Of a stretch of DNA of 64,000 bases, positions 22,428-34,785 are shown piece after piece. A program made the position numbers and the translations under genes. The DNA comes from Podarcis melisellensis (Eukaryota). The stretch is from NCBI GenBank assembly GCA_964234715.1, contig OZ174292.1; one strand, written 5' to 3'. Within the stretch, counting starts at the first letter, position 1, and each line of letters begins with the position of its first letter. The notes under the pieces are model-generated. The model had not been told where the DNA came from. It ran no database searches and saw only the letters and a list, made by a program, of their open reading frames with translations.

Positions 22428-24811
22428 GAGCGAAAAGGGAGCGCGAGAGAGGAGGCAGCGCCGGTGACGTACCTGGCCAGATCAGCAAAGGGGGTGTGGG
22501 TGGGGGCGTACTTCAAGCCCAATAGGGATCTCCCACCCACCCACCCACCCACTGCAGCGATGTACCTGCATTAAACGGAGGGCAGGAGGAGGAGGAGGGG
22601 GCAGCAGCCACTTAAGCTTCTGACGGCTCCAAGCCTCCCCCATCCCTGCTGTCGTAGGTGGGGGAGGGGAACACTCCTCCTCTTGCTCCTTCTCCCTCCC
22701 CAAAATGTCTTGGCTGATGGAAGAACATGTGAATGTGGGGACGAATCTCTCGGGATCCTTTGGGGGCAGCTTCTTTCAGTGGCTTGGGCTGGATAATGAA
22801 AGGAAACGGAGGGGCCGAGGGATTGGCTAGGGAGACTGCGAAAGAAGAAAGGAGACGAAATGATCGCTGTATCACTTGGCGGGATGGCGAGAGACACAAC
22901 CGAGGGCAAAGGGCTGAAGTACGCGGAGATGGGTCGAGAAAGGCCCGAGACAGCAGGAGGATGAAGGGGGGGGGGTATTCTGCGGGGTCTTCCATCTCAG
23001 AGCCCGGCTGATCCCGCTCAGCTCCAAATCTCCCTTCGGTCCCGGGAGAGGCTAGCCTAGCCAGACGCCCCATGGTAGCGCAAAAGCGGCGCTGGAAGGA
23101 GGCGAGGGGATGTGAGCCTCCCTTGGGGGTTTCTCCCCTCGAGATGCGCGGCTTCGTGTCCTGCAGGCTCCCTTCTCCCCGCCCGCTCCGCCCCGGGCCA
23201 TCGAACGGGCCTCAGGGCGACCTCAGCTCCTTGCGAGGGCGGGCGGCTCCGGAGAAGGACGTCTTGGGAAGGAGACGGGGCGGTGGAGGAGACCAGGCGG
23301 CCGGCGCCGAGGGCGGGGGGAGGAGAGCCTGCCTGCGCGGCCGCCGAGTCCGCCGGCAGCTGGCCAAGGGCACCGAGCGAGAGAGCGAGCGGGCGCCTTC
23401 TCCGCGCTCTCCTTTGGCGCATTGCTCGGGATGGCAAGGCGGGCGGGCGGGCGGGCGCGCTCCGGCGCTTGCTTTTTTCCAGGCAACTGCAGGGGAGGGG
23501 GCGGGCTCCACAGGCTGCCGGGGCTGGCTTTCTCTGTTCCTGATTGGCCGAGCAGGCCTGATTGGCAGCGCGTGGGGGGGGCGGTGGGGAAGAGTCTGGC
23601 GGAGGCGGGGCGGGCAGGGCGAGGGGGCCTTGGCGGGGAGGGGGCTGGCCTGTGGGCTCCCACGCGGGGGGCGGAAGCGTAGGCATCTCTGGGCCCGGCA
23701 GCAGGTGGCAAATGGGGGCGGGGGCGGCAGGAAGGTTGGCAAGACCGGGATGGCCCCCCGCAGGCCCCCCGGCCTTTGCCTTTCCTTCCCGGGGTGGGGA
23801 GGGAACCCCTTCCCTTTGAGGTTCATCCATTTGTCTCCCCCCCCCCCCCACTCTGCCTCTGCTGCTGCCAGAACTTCACGACCCCTCGGTGGGACGGAGT
23901 GACGGGCACTTCTGCGCCCTGGGCAGAATGAACTGGTGGAATTCGCTGCCCGCACCAGATGTCTGGGGCCCTGGCTGCAGAAGGGCATGGGACGAGAGGC
24001 CTCCCAGTGGCTTGTAGCCAGACTGGAGCCTCCACGTTCAGAAGCAGAATACCTTTGGGTACCATATGTCGTGAGAACAAGCAGCGAAGGATCCAAGGGT
24101 CGCCTGTGCTCTGCGTCCCCGAGGCGTCTGTATGGCCACTGTGGGAAAGAGGAGGCTTGGGCAAGATGGTGCCGCAAGCATCTCTTGGAGACCAGGAGGG
24201 GAGGAGGGAAAGAGTAAAGCTTGAGAGAGAAAGGGAAAGAGAGAGCAGAGATCAAGAGAAGGAGAAAGCCTGGCAGAGAAATAGGACAAAAGAAGGGAAG
24301 CGAGAAAATATCCGGCCTGGATAAAGTGAGCAAGTAAACGGTTAAGGTACCCTAACTATGTGAGATAAAAATCATGGATCCCAAGCCGCAGCTTAAAAGT
24401 GAGACCTGGACTTTGGAAGGGTGATGTCCACTGCGGCCTAAAAGGGGCCTTGCCTTCCTCTCCCTTGGTTCATGCCCTTCCCAGGCAGGCATTCCTTCTT
24501 GTCTGGTGGGAAAGAGCAGGGTCCCCTCGACCCCACACATGTTGGGTGTTCCAGGGGGAGACCCAACTCTCACAATGCACGAATAACACCCTCAAACAAA
24601 TGGGACATATGAATACGCCACACACAAATTTCATTCCTAGTGACAACTTCCAGAGAGGTAACTGAGTTTGCTGCAGCAAAGACAGCAGAGAGTCAGATGG
24701 CCTCTGGGAGGCTGAGAAATTTAATGTGGCAGCAGCTTTTGTGGGCTGGAGTCTCCTCCATCAGTTCAGTCAGCATGCAAGTCAGGCTCTATTCGCTCCC
24801 TTTCTCCTCCT

Positions 24812-24815
<4 letters not shown>

Positions 24816-24859
<44 letters not shown>
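24816..24859. repeat. (TA)n microsatellite
   Basis: Direct reading. Confidence 0.95.
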
Positions 24860-24861
<2 letters not shown>

Positions 24862-27232
24862 TTCTTTGCTTCTGACATTGACACTGTGTACAACTTGTTT
24901 TTAGAAATTCTGCTTATCCAACCACATACCCACACTTCACAAGTCTATTATATTTACACAGCTCTTAGCCGACCCATCTCTTTCCCCTCACCTGCTCACA
25001 TGGGTCTGTGGTGCCCACAGAGCTGTGCCTGGGCTCATTCATCCAGCCATCTTGAATGTTCCTCATGCTTGTTATTTTCTACGCACATCTATCTTCAACA
25101 CAGCAAATTATATGGCGTGTGGAATCTCCTTCAGATCTGCAGGGACCCCATAGCCCTTCACAGCTAAATGTGGGGAAACCTGTGCTGCATCTATCTTCTC
25201 TAGTTAGACCTTCTGCTTATCATGGACACTGTTTTAAGGGAGAGATTAATGTCCTCCAGGAAATTTCCAGCCTTGGAAATTTAGTTTTCTCCTCAGCTTC
25301 CTCCATAATTTAGCTTTCTCTTTAGCTTTCTCCACAAGAACCATGGTTAGCTCCAGTAACTAAGCATCCACCTACACCCCCCCCTTCTCTGCTTATATAA
25401 TCCTGTATTAAGTAACCTACTCAAGTGTTTCCCCTTCTTGAGGTCGCCCTTGTCATGTCTCCGCCACTCCCCACCCTGCCCCATCTCTGGTCCCAGACCA
25501 GCCAGACAAACTTCTCCCCTCCCCCCTTAGAGAAGGCTACAGCTTTTCTGTAACAACAACTGGGGTGTCATTTTCAGATTTGGGGGCTGGGAATAAGAGT
25601 GATATTTTTCACTTGCTTTTGTAAAGAACAGAAGTGTGGGAAGGGACATTTCAAGAGCATTCTCTGTGGTTTCTTTCTGTGCTGCCTTTTAATCTCTAAA
25701 ACTTTTAGAAAATATTTGTAAGTTGTTATTTATCCTTTAAAAATAAAAGTAAAGGGATTTGTGCTTTTGGTATGCATACTATGTAAATTAGTCCATTTGT
25801 ATGTTCGTAACAACAGGCTTTCAATATGCAGAGTTCTATCATGGAGATAAGAAGTAATAAGGGCGATAAACACCTGTAGTTTGAAGAATAGGATGCCCTG
25901 GCTCATGAATGACACCTCTGATTGAATGGTTGTATCTCCATTGATAGCAAATTCTCCTAGCTTTATTTAGTATAGTATGTTATTTGTCTGTATTTGTTAT
26001 TTGGTCTGTATGATCTGTCCTGCCCAGAGTCTATTATGTAAACAATTGTGGGTGGAGGAGAGAGATGTGTGCACTAGTATTTTTTGGGTAATTCAACCCC
26101 AGAAATTCTTCTTGGGGCATTTTCTGCACCTTGCTTTGGCTTTCCACATGTTCTATGGAATATCTCTACAGTTACATATTTAATGTACCTTATTAGGATA
26201 TCAGATGCTTAAATTGAAAACCTAATGAATGTTCAAGTTTGGGATCTAGCCTAGGAAAGGGACTTCAGGCATAGCAGGGAATTGCATAGCACAACACCAG
26301 CTGCTGTGATTGGAAGGCAGTATGAAGCCTCTGGATTGGCCACTTCTGATGGAAATACTAGGAAGGTGAGCTCTGGGGCTCCTGCTAAAACCACTGAGTG
26401 TGTGTTTTTTCCCCAAACCTTTGTCTGCCAAGATAATGCACAATTCCTGTGTGTGTGTAGGGGCAACTGCAGAGGAGAATGCATAGAAGAAAATGATGTT
26501 TAATTCCCTGCCTTCAATTTATTTCTCCTAGCGTGTCCCCCCCCCCACCTGCCTCCTCCAGATGAGCTTATTTCTGAACCTGGCTGGGGGAACACAATGT
26601 ACAATGGCCTGGGGGAAGGGGGCCTTTTCAGGGGGAAATTGATGAGTAGTTTTCCTTGTCCTTGGAAGTTCATTTCAGGCAAGAGATCAATGCCAGGTTT
26701 GGTTTCAGACACTTCCACTCATAGCTCCATCCAGGCCCTAATCCAGCCTCTGCCAACATGGCGCCCTCCAGGTGTTTCAGACTTTAATTGGCTGGATCTG
26801 GTTGTCCAAAACATCTGGAGAGTGCCAGGGTGCCCAAGACTGCCATAATGCATTGATTTTCCGCTACTCATTCATTCTCTTTCACTTGTCATCCGATTAC
26901 GTGTTTTCTATCCATCTGTGCGTTAATCCACTGGTGGGATATTGAGAGGCCCGCAAACCTGGTCCCTGGCAGAAATTGCGTTTTGAAAGGCCTTCAGTCT
27001 GTAACAATAAGTGAAAACAATTGTATTAATAACTCACAAAGATGCCAAATATTTTTACTAGGCCAAGAAACCCACTAGTAGCCCACTATCTGTATATTAT
27101 TATATAAATGAGAAAATTTTGGCATACATTGGAATGTGGCTCTTATTATCATGAGTGCTCATGATTTGACTGACTGATTATTTTTGGGAAAGGATTTTTT
27201 TTTTAACTGAACATGATGATTTGTGGTTCAGG

Positions 27233-27344
27233 CAGGGCTTTTTTCAGCTCTCAGCCTCTCAGGTGGCACCATTACCATTCTAAGATAACAAGGGAGGTGT
27301 CCATGGTGAGTTCCAGCACTTCTTTTTCTAGAAAAATAGCACTG
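27233..27344. mobile_element. hAT MITE
   Basis: TIR cagggcttttt / aaatagcactg with a perfect 8-bp TSD, GGTTCAGG. Confidence 0.85.
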
Positions 27345-28143
27345 GGTTCAGGGACAAAAAATCTCAAATCCTCAAGCAGCAGAATTACCTGTATAAAATA
27401 TGCAAAATATTATTTTGCATAATTTTTGCTGCTTTTCTTTAACCAGAAGGTTAAGAAATCTGCCCAAATGAAAGATGATTCAGCAGTTTTTCTGATTTCC
27501 AAGAAAAATTTGCTAGACTTAGCACTCAACATAGCTTTGTTTCCATTAGGTAAAGGAACTTGCTTTTCATACATTAAAGGAAACTGAATACTGTGCCCAG
27601 TATTGGTTCACCTTCCTTCACTTTCAAAGAATCAACATGTGTACAGCCCTCATCATAGCAAATGGCTCTGCTTGGTAGCATGGTGTTCTCCATTTGAGAT
27701 TCACCAAGATTATGGTGGTCATAATCTTATGATTATGCATTGAATTTGATGGCTCCTTTGTCCAACGCATCTGTGACCCACCATCTGCACTGGGCCACAG
27801 GCAGTGAAGGACATGGAGTTGAAGTAGGAGCCCTGGCAGGATTAGGACCAAAGTTTGCTGGCATCCTGGAGCAGATCCACAAGCCCGCCAACCTGGAAGC
27901 TGAGCTAATGGTATGCCAGGATTTGAGCTCTGCTAAGCTCACCTGAAGGAGGGCTGAAATGAAGGCCAGAATCAAGCAGCAGGGAGATGGGGAAGAATAG
28001 GCAGGCAGAGATCTGGTGAGCCATAGAAGCAAGGCCAAAGTCAGGAAGAGATTCTAATGTGTTTAAATGCAGATCTGATTAGATGGGAGCAAGGGGTTGC
28101 CTTTGATGGAGCTATGCTGAGCCTGGAGTTGCAGGGCGGGGAG

Positions 28144-28665
28144 AATAGAATCAGAGAAGTGTGGAGTTGGAAGGGACCATGAAGTTGATCTAGTCCAACC
28201 TCCTGCAATGGAGAATATTTTGTCCAATGGGCAGGGGCGTAGTTAGCTGCTCCAGCACCAGGAGCGGCAGGGACCGGGCGAGCCACCCACAGGGAAGCCA
28301 TAGTGATCCACGCACGGGGGCGCTGCATGGGGGCGCTGCGGCAATCCATGCATGGGGGCGCTGTGGTGATCTACCCAGGGGGGTGGTGCAGCAAGCTGCC
28401 CAAGGAGTCCGCCTGGTGGACGCAAGCCCCACGCTGCCATTTTGGGCAGCGCGCGGCCCTGAGCCACTGTGTTACTCCCAGGAGAGATGCGTGTCTCAGG
28501 CACACTACAGGCAATAAGTGTCAACCCCCGCAGTGTGCCCTTTTGTCACCCCCTCAAGGATGACACCCGGGGTGGGCCACACACACCCTTCCTATGCCCC
28601 TGCCAATGGGGGCTCAAACCCATGAACCTGAGATTAAGAGTCTCATGCTCTACCAACTGAGCTAT
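28144..28665 (-). mobile_element. tRNA-Lys(CTT)-derived SINE with CR1-type tail, split by a MITE
   Basis: Head (reverse complement) tagctcagttggtagagcatgagactcttaatctcaggttcatgggtttgagccc. Tail (reverse complement) ttgcaggaggttggactagat..ggtcccttccaactc..tgattctat. Confidence 0.85.
28232..28602. mobile_element. GC-rich hAT-Tip100-type MITE
   Basis: TIR caggggcgtag / ctatgcccctg with a perfect 8-bp TSD, CCAATGGG. Confidence 0.9.
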
Positions 28666-31600
28666 GTTTCACTTACATTGAATTCATTTTCCCTCTCCCC
28701 CTCTGTGATCTCAAGTGGATGGGGGCCCTACTAGCCCACAGACCAAGGAGACTCCTGGTTTGAGTCCCAGCAGGTGGATGCTGACCTCCTACTCAAGCTC
28801 CTTCCTCCTCTTTTCATCCAGGTTTCTCAATCCATCCTTACAGATACTTCCCTTAAAACACTGTGAACCATCCATTTCAACTGAAGCCTGCCTGCCTCTC
28901 TGTGTGTGTCTGTGTCTCACTTCTCCTGCTTGGCACTTGCCAGGGGTCAGTGCATTACTGATCAGCCTTGGTCTCCTACCCCTTTGGCCGAACGCAGCCA
29001 GCCAGGCCTCTCTGCTATCAACAGCTTATACATTATTTAGGCAGCCAGTACCCATTTCAATCAGACAATGGAGTGTAGCTCCTGCCTCAGAAACACTGCA
29101 GGAAGAATTTATGGGTGAAGATGGATGCAAAGCTGCTGGGGGGGGGATACTGGTTCTGCAAGGTTGGAGGCAGAGGCTGGTTCAGGGTGCTGAGTGGCTC
29201 ACAGCCTTTACATCAGTGAAATGCTTGGGGGGAAACTCCAATGACAAGACTTAGATTTCTTTAAAATAAAAAATTAATAACACAACAAATTAACAGATAA
29301 GTGCAAGAATGTTCACGTAGTGCTTGTGAAAATAAAAGGGGAAACCACTTGTTTCAGTGGGTGACAGGGACAGCACTACTGAGCCATCATTTTGGTCTGC
29401 GGACTTGCCTGTCTGTCATTTCAGTTAGGAACGTGGGAATAAGCTGGAGCTGATCCTACAGCGGAGGGGTCTGCTGTGAGCACTCATTTTACGTTGCATT
29501 CCCCCCCCCCTTCTGTTTGTCGCTTGCCCTGTTAGGTAGACTAGAAATTCAGGGGCACACTGCAAGAAATCTGTGGCAAATGTGAACAGGCACCCAGCCA
29601 TTCACCATAATACATGGCAACACGCTCTGGTTGACCAGCAGTCCAGCATACCCTCAACACACTTCTTTTGTCACAACCAGCCTTGACATTTTCAAGTGCA
29701 CACCACAGAGTTTAATGGGGTTTATTCAAGATAAATGGGCATTGGATTGAAGATTTAGTCATATATGAAAAAACTTATAGCGTGAAAAAGAACTCAAGGG
29801 TGGTGTACACAGATATAAGATTTAGCAGTGTTTTGAGAGCACATAACCTAGAACAGTAATGTTCCTCTGGAAGTTAACAGACTACAGTACCCATCATTCC
29901 TGTCCTCTGGCCATGCTGATTAGTAAGGCTGGGTGATACATCAATGTATCATCGCAAACTGATTTGAAGTCCATATTGTCATATCAGTTTCATTTCTTTT
30001 AGAGAGCGAGATTAGGGTTCAGGCAGAGATGGCAACCCTGCCATTTGACCTGGAAGGAAGGTCTGATAAATAACTCTAAGTGAACAGGTGACAGGCTGCA
30101 ATTGCTTTTGTGCAGCGTTTCCCAACCTGGCGCCCTCCAGATATTTGACTCCGAATGCCCATCAGCCCCAATGGACAGGGATGATGGAAACTGTCATCTA
30201 GCAGCATCTGGGAGGTGGGCTGCTCAGGGTGGGGAAGCTGCTTGAGTGGTAAATAAGAGGTACCTTGCTGCACATGTTCAGACATGTTTGGCCTGTAGCA
30301 CTTTTTACTTTGCTTAGCATCTTTCATTAAAATAGCACCAGGGTTGCAGATGGAAGGCAGTATAGCTAAATGAGAGTGGCTGAAACAGAAGACAGTGAGG
30401 AAGGTTCTTATGCAAGAGTATTGGCAATAGGGGTTTTTGGGGTGCTGGTTTTAAAAACATTTTTTAAATTTTTATTTATAAAATTAGTTTTACAGCATGA
30501 AAAAAACCCTAAAAACCAACCTCTCTCTCTCTCTCTCTCATTTCAACTCCCCCCTTTCTGTGATTCCTTTTTTTATAATATTTTACTGCATTTCCAAAAT
30601 TAATTTAATTTAATTTAACTTTTAAAAAACATTATTGAGAAAAGTCCAGAATCCCAGCCCTGGACCTTTGCTCAATAAAAATAAAAGGTGGAGGGGCTGA
30701 TGAAAGTGCTCCCACACCAATTATCCATAGCAACCTAACTTCAAGAATCTGCACTTGCAATTTGGGCGAGGCTCCAGCTTGAGACTTGCAGTCAGGATTG
30801 GAGTGGTCAGATGGAAAAGAGGACCAGGCTCTTCCTGCCTTTTTAATGGTTGTGTAGAAGGAATTTCAGCCTCTTGAGTGGAACGTCTTCTGCACAACTG
30901 TTAACTGTGCCAGATGCACCTCGTTCTCCTTGAAAAGTGGCAGCCCCTCTAGGGCTCAGGATAAGACGCCTGGTCTAGGTGGAATCTTGGTTTTCATTCC
31001 ATGTGAGGCAACTTGTAATCTGACTCCCTCCCTTGAGCATAGTTGTGGCCTGTTCTTTTCCTTGTCTGATCTGCTGCCTTTTCACACATTTCAAGTACTG
31101 CAAAAGGAAATGGGTGGGATCTGTATCTTAATGAGAAGCTAATACCTAAATACAAGAATGCTCTTACACTGAAGTTATGTAAGGGCTTGCCTACACTCTT
31201 TCCAGGCACTGGTCCATTCTTTAAAGCTCCATGTCCAAGCATGGTTTTTTCCTCTCCACTGCTTTTTCTGCAAAAACCTGCTCTTTACCGCCAAATTGGA
31301 GCAAATGGCAATCCGTAGAACAGCTGAATTGCCCATTGCTCTGATTAAGCTGTAACAAGCACGTTTCTCTGGGGAAAGTGATGTGGTAAAATAAAACAAC
31401 AACACTCAAGATACAGGCCAGGAAAGCGGAGGACAAACGTTGCTGCATCTAATGCAAAGAGCATCAGTCAGGGCCTTGTGGTATGACCAGCTGCCATATG
31501 TCAACAGGAAGCTACAGGGCATGGACTGATTGGAAATGAAGCAGAATGTCCACCCCTAAACTTACAATATTGAAAGCGGCCTTGTGTATAACTGCTCTGA

Positions 31601-32380
31601 TAGCATCATGAGCACAGATCATTATGAAGGCACAATAAAAGGATGACTGGAAGGGCCCTGAACTGGTTATAAGGCAACGTTTCATGTTCCTCTGGAGATT
31701 TTCAGGTGCACATTAATCCAGTGCTCCAGGGCCTTTCCCTTGCTTTCTGGGCAGAATTCAAGATGATGAGTTTCCTGAAGCCCTCAGTTTGCTCTATTGA
31801 AGGCTACCTTTTGTTCCAGGCCCCCATCACAATCTCTGCAGGCTCCTCTCCTCTAACTGCTCCCACAATGTGGCAAATCCATGTGGTGCTATAGGTAATA
31901 ATTCTCTGAAGCAGCTGCACAATTATGGCGCACTTCACCAAGCATGGACAGAATCTGAACATTTCCCAGAAATGCTATGACACTTTTTCATTTGGACCAG
32001 CGTTGGTTGCTAATGTTAACCCAGGAAGGTTATCCTGCCCTTTTTGTATTTGGCATGATTTTGGAGAGACATGTAATTATCTGGGATCCTGAGGGAGTAT
32101 GGACTTAAAAAACAAAAATCAAAGCCCACCACTACCAAAACGAATTCCAACCCTCCTTGCACACTCTTGCTCACATGCAAATGTGAATGCATGATGGAAA
32201 GCTGACAGGAGTCATTTTTAAACCAGATGTAAAACAGTTTGTACACTTGGCTTTTAGCAGTGAGTGTGAAAACACCTTTGGTGCTGAAATAAACAGGAAT
32301 ATTAATAAAATAAATAAAGTGCTGCTGTTAACTCAGTTGGAGAAAAGTCAGAATTTTAACACAGTTCTGCAGAAGATATA

Positions 32381-32544
32381 CTGTATTTTTCCATCTATAG
32401 GACGTCCCCGTGTATAAGATGCCCTCTATTTTGGGGGACTCAGATTTAAGAAAATGGGGGGAGGTATATCCATGTATGACACCCCCTAATTTTTGACATT
32501 ATTTTTTTGGGAAAAAATCTAGTCTTATACATGGAAATATACAG
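32381..32544. mobile_element. Tc1/mariner-pogo-type MITE, second family
   Basis: ta-ctgtatttttccatctata ... tatacatggaaatatacag-ta. Confidence 0.75.
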
Positions 32545-32591
32545 TATATTTTCTTTTGCAAGAGAAAACATCACTATAGTATTTGATAATA

Positions 32592-32803
32592 CAGTGGCAC
32601 CTCGGGTTACAGACTCTGCTAACCCAGAAATAGTACCTCGGGTTAAGAACTTTGCTTCATGATGAGAACAGAAATCATGAGGGGGTGGCATGGCGGCAGC
32701 GGGAGGCCCCATTAGCTAAAGTGGTACCTCAGGTTAAGAACAGTTTCAGGTTAAGAACAGACCTCCAGAACGAATTAAGTTCTTAACCCGAGGTATACCA
32801 TTG
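32592..32803. mobile_element. Tc1/mariner MITE (same family as 11303)
   Basis: ta-cagtggcacctcgggtta ... taacccgaggtataccattg-ta. Confidence 0.85.
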
Positions 32804-32892
32804 TAACACAAACAAAAATATTCTTATTGTTAACAGCCTGATCCTATGAATATTTCCTCTGATATAGTCCCAGTGTTTTCAGTGGAGCTTAT

Positions 32893-32945
32893 TATTCCTA
32901 TTCCTATTCCTATTCCTATTCCTATTCCTATCCTATTCCTATTAT
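32893..32945. repeat. (TTCCTA)n microsatellite
   Basis: Direct reading. Confidence 0.9.
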
Positions 32946-32959
32946 TGAAACGACATTTC

Positions 32960-33150
32960 TGTGCCCTTTGGTTTCCATAAAGGTGTTCCTTTGCGCCAGA
33001 AGCAGTTTAGTCATGCTGGCCACATGACCTGGAAAGCTGTCTGTGGACAAACGCTGGCTCCTTTGGTCTGAAAGGGAGATGAGCACCGCAACCTTATAGT
33101 TGCCTTTGGCTGGACTTAACCATCAAAGGGTCCTTTACTTTTACCTTTTT
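32960..33150 (+). mobile_element. Sauria SINE, 3' half
   Basis: gcagtttagtcatgctggccacatgacc...gagatgagc...ggacttaacc...gggtcctttacttttaccttt tail. Confidence 0.85.
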
Positions 33151-33507
33151 TATTATACACATAATGAGAGTTAAGAGTGAAGTGTGATGCTTGTATTATT
33201 TCTGCATCCAGTGCAGCTTACTCATAAGTAAGGAAAGCTATCTCAAATAACAATAATTTAATTGCATGTTCTGATTTCTGATTTCTTTACAAAAATACTT
33301 GATAGCAGACCAGGTCTTTGGAGAGCACTAGAATTCTGTTGGCTTTGATTCTGGATTAATGGCAGCTCAGATATTTTGCAGAGTATTTGCCTTGCAGAGC
33401 TCTGGTGGTGCCTTAAGGCAGGATTCTAGTGGTTAAGCTGAGGTTGTAGATTTCCTCCTCCTTTGTGATATTTTGCTTTGTTTTAGCCTGAAGGCACTCT
33501 ATGCAGC

Positions 33508-33635
33508 AATCTCATTGAAGCTGAGCAAGTTCGGGTCTGGTCCGTATCTGGATGGGAGATCACTTAGGATGCTTGCCTCCTTGAATTCCATGGAAGGACG
33601 GCAGGATATAAATTTCACTAATTAATCAATAATAT
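33508..33635 (+). mobile_element. 5S rRNA-derived SINE (SINE3-like) fragment
   Basis: gaagctgagcaagttcgggtctggtccgtatctggatgggagatc resembles the 5S internal control region GAAGCTAAGCAGGGTCGGGCCTGGTTAGTACTTGGATGGGAGACC. It ends in a ggatataaat..aataat tail. Confidence 0.65.
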
Positions 33636-33789
33636 GTTGTGAACTTGCTGCAGTGGATATGATTTTCCTTGCTCTTATATTCTAGCATTTCCCACAGTGG
33701 GTGGTGATGGAGAGAAGTAAGTAAGAAGTAGTAGTAGTGGCCTCTCAAACGAGATGACATGCCTATTCCAAATAAAGGCAATGCATGGA

Positions 33790-33810
33790 GACGCTGTCCA
33801 AGGTGCTGAA
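33790..33810 (-). promoter_or_regulatory. RE1/NRSE (REST binding site)
   Basis: Reverse complement TTCAGCACCTTGGACAGCGTC versus consensus TTCAGCACCnnGGACAGCGCC. Confidence 0.8.
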
Positions 33811-34245
33811 CCTTGGGAGCATTGATTCCCTAACTGTATGTTGGCGCACACCGATGTTAACGTCAGAGGCACAGATTTTTGCACCTTGAAAAGTCAGGTC
33901 ATCAAGTTGGATACAGCCATCTGTTCTGGGGGTAGGGAGTCCTTTTGCATTATTGACAGTCTTCCCTCGGTGCCAGTCTTTGGGCATTAACATCATCTTG
34001 AAGAAAGCAGCAAGGACACTCTGGGATTCCGAGATGCAGCCCGGCCTCCAGCCCCTGACAGGTGCAGGGGAACCCCAGAAGCACCACTGGTGCCCAGAGA
34101 GCACCGCTCCATCTCTCTGGACCCTGAAGCGACTAAGCAAACAGCAGGGTGGGAAACTCCAGAGACACGAGGCACTGGGCTGCTACCCTCCAGTTTCTGG
34201 AGGATACCCACCCATTGTTCCACAAACTGATTGAAAGAATATGTA

Positions 34246-34288
34246 GTTGTTGTTGTTGTTGTTATTGTTGTTGTTGTTGTTGTTGTTA
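34246..34288. repeat. (GTT)n microsatellite
   Basis: Direct reading. Confidence 0.95.
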
Positions 34289-34359
34289 TGCAGAGGATGA
34301 TGTGTCCCTCCAGTTTTAACAACCACCACTCTGTGCTCCAGCTGTCAAAAGTCAAAGAA

Positions 34360-34785
34360 ACAACAACAACAATAATTTATTTGTACCCCCAGCCACTCTG
34401 GGTGGCTTCCAACAAAGATCAAAAATACATTAAAATGTCACACATTAAAAACTTCCATAAATAGGGCTGCCTTCAGATGTCTTCCAAATGTCAGGTAGTT
34501 GTTTATCTCTTTGACATCTGATGGGAGGGCGTTCCACAGGGCAGGCGCCACTACCAAGAAGGCCCTCTGCCTGGTTCCCTGTAGCTTTGCTTCTCGCAGT
34601 GAGGGAACTGCCAGAAGGCCCTCGGTGCTGGACCTCAGTGTCCAGGTAGAATGATGGGGGTGGAGATGCACCTTCAGATATATTGGACTGAGGCCGTTTA
34701 GGGCTTTAAAGGTCAGCACCAACACTTTGAATTGTGCTTGGAAATGTACAGGGAGCCAATGTAGGTCTTTCAGAACTGGTGTTCA
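34360..34785 (-). mobile_element. L2 LINE 3' end
   Basis: ORF 34438-34725 reads LVLTFKALNGL.P.YL...TLRS...RAF.VVAP.LWN.LP...F.RHLKAALF, the typical L2 ORF2 C-terminus. Confidence 0.9.

Larger units (their letters stand above)
21280..24130. promoter_or_regulatory. CpG island / promoter region of an unidentified gene
   Basis: Sharp rise in GC and CpG, free of TEs. Inverted CCAAT at ~21295, 23543 and 23561, several GGGCGG boxes and an ETS-like CGGAAG at ~23672. Confidence 0.9.

Noticed and set aside
23057-24333. Long overlapping ORFs (264-373 aa) on both strands
   Set aside because: These are Pro/Arg/Gly/Ala-rich low-complexity frames expected from stop-codon depletion in a CpG island, with no recognisable domain.
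33508-33575. 5S rRNA gene
   Set aside because: Partial and heavily diverged, and not in an array.
33785-34240. Coding exon or pseudogene around the RE1
   Set aside because: All frames contain stops and I could not recognise a protein family.
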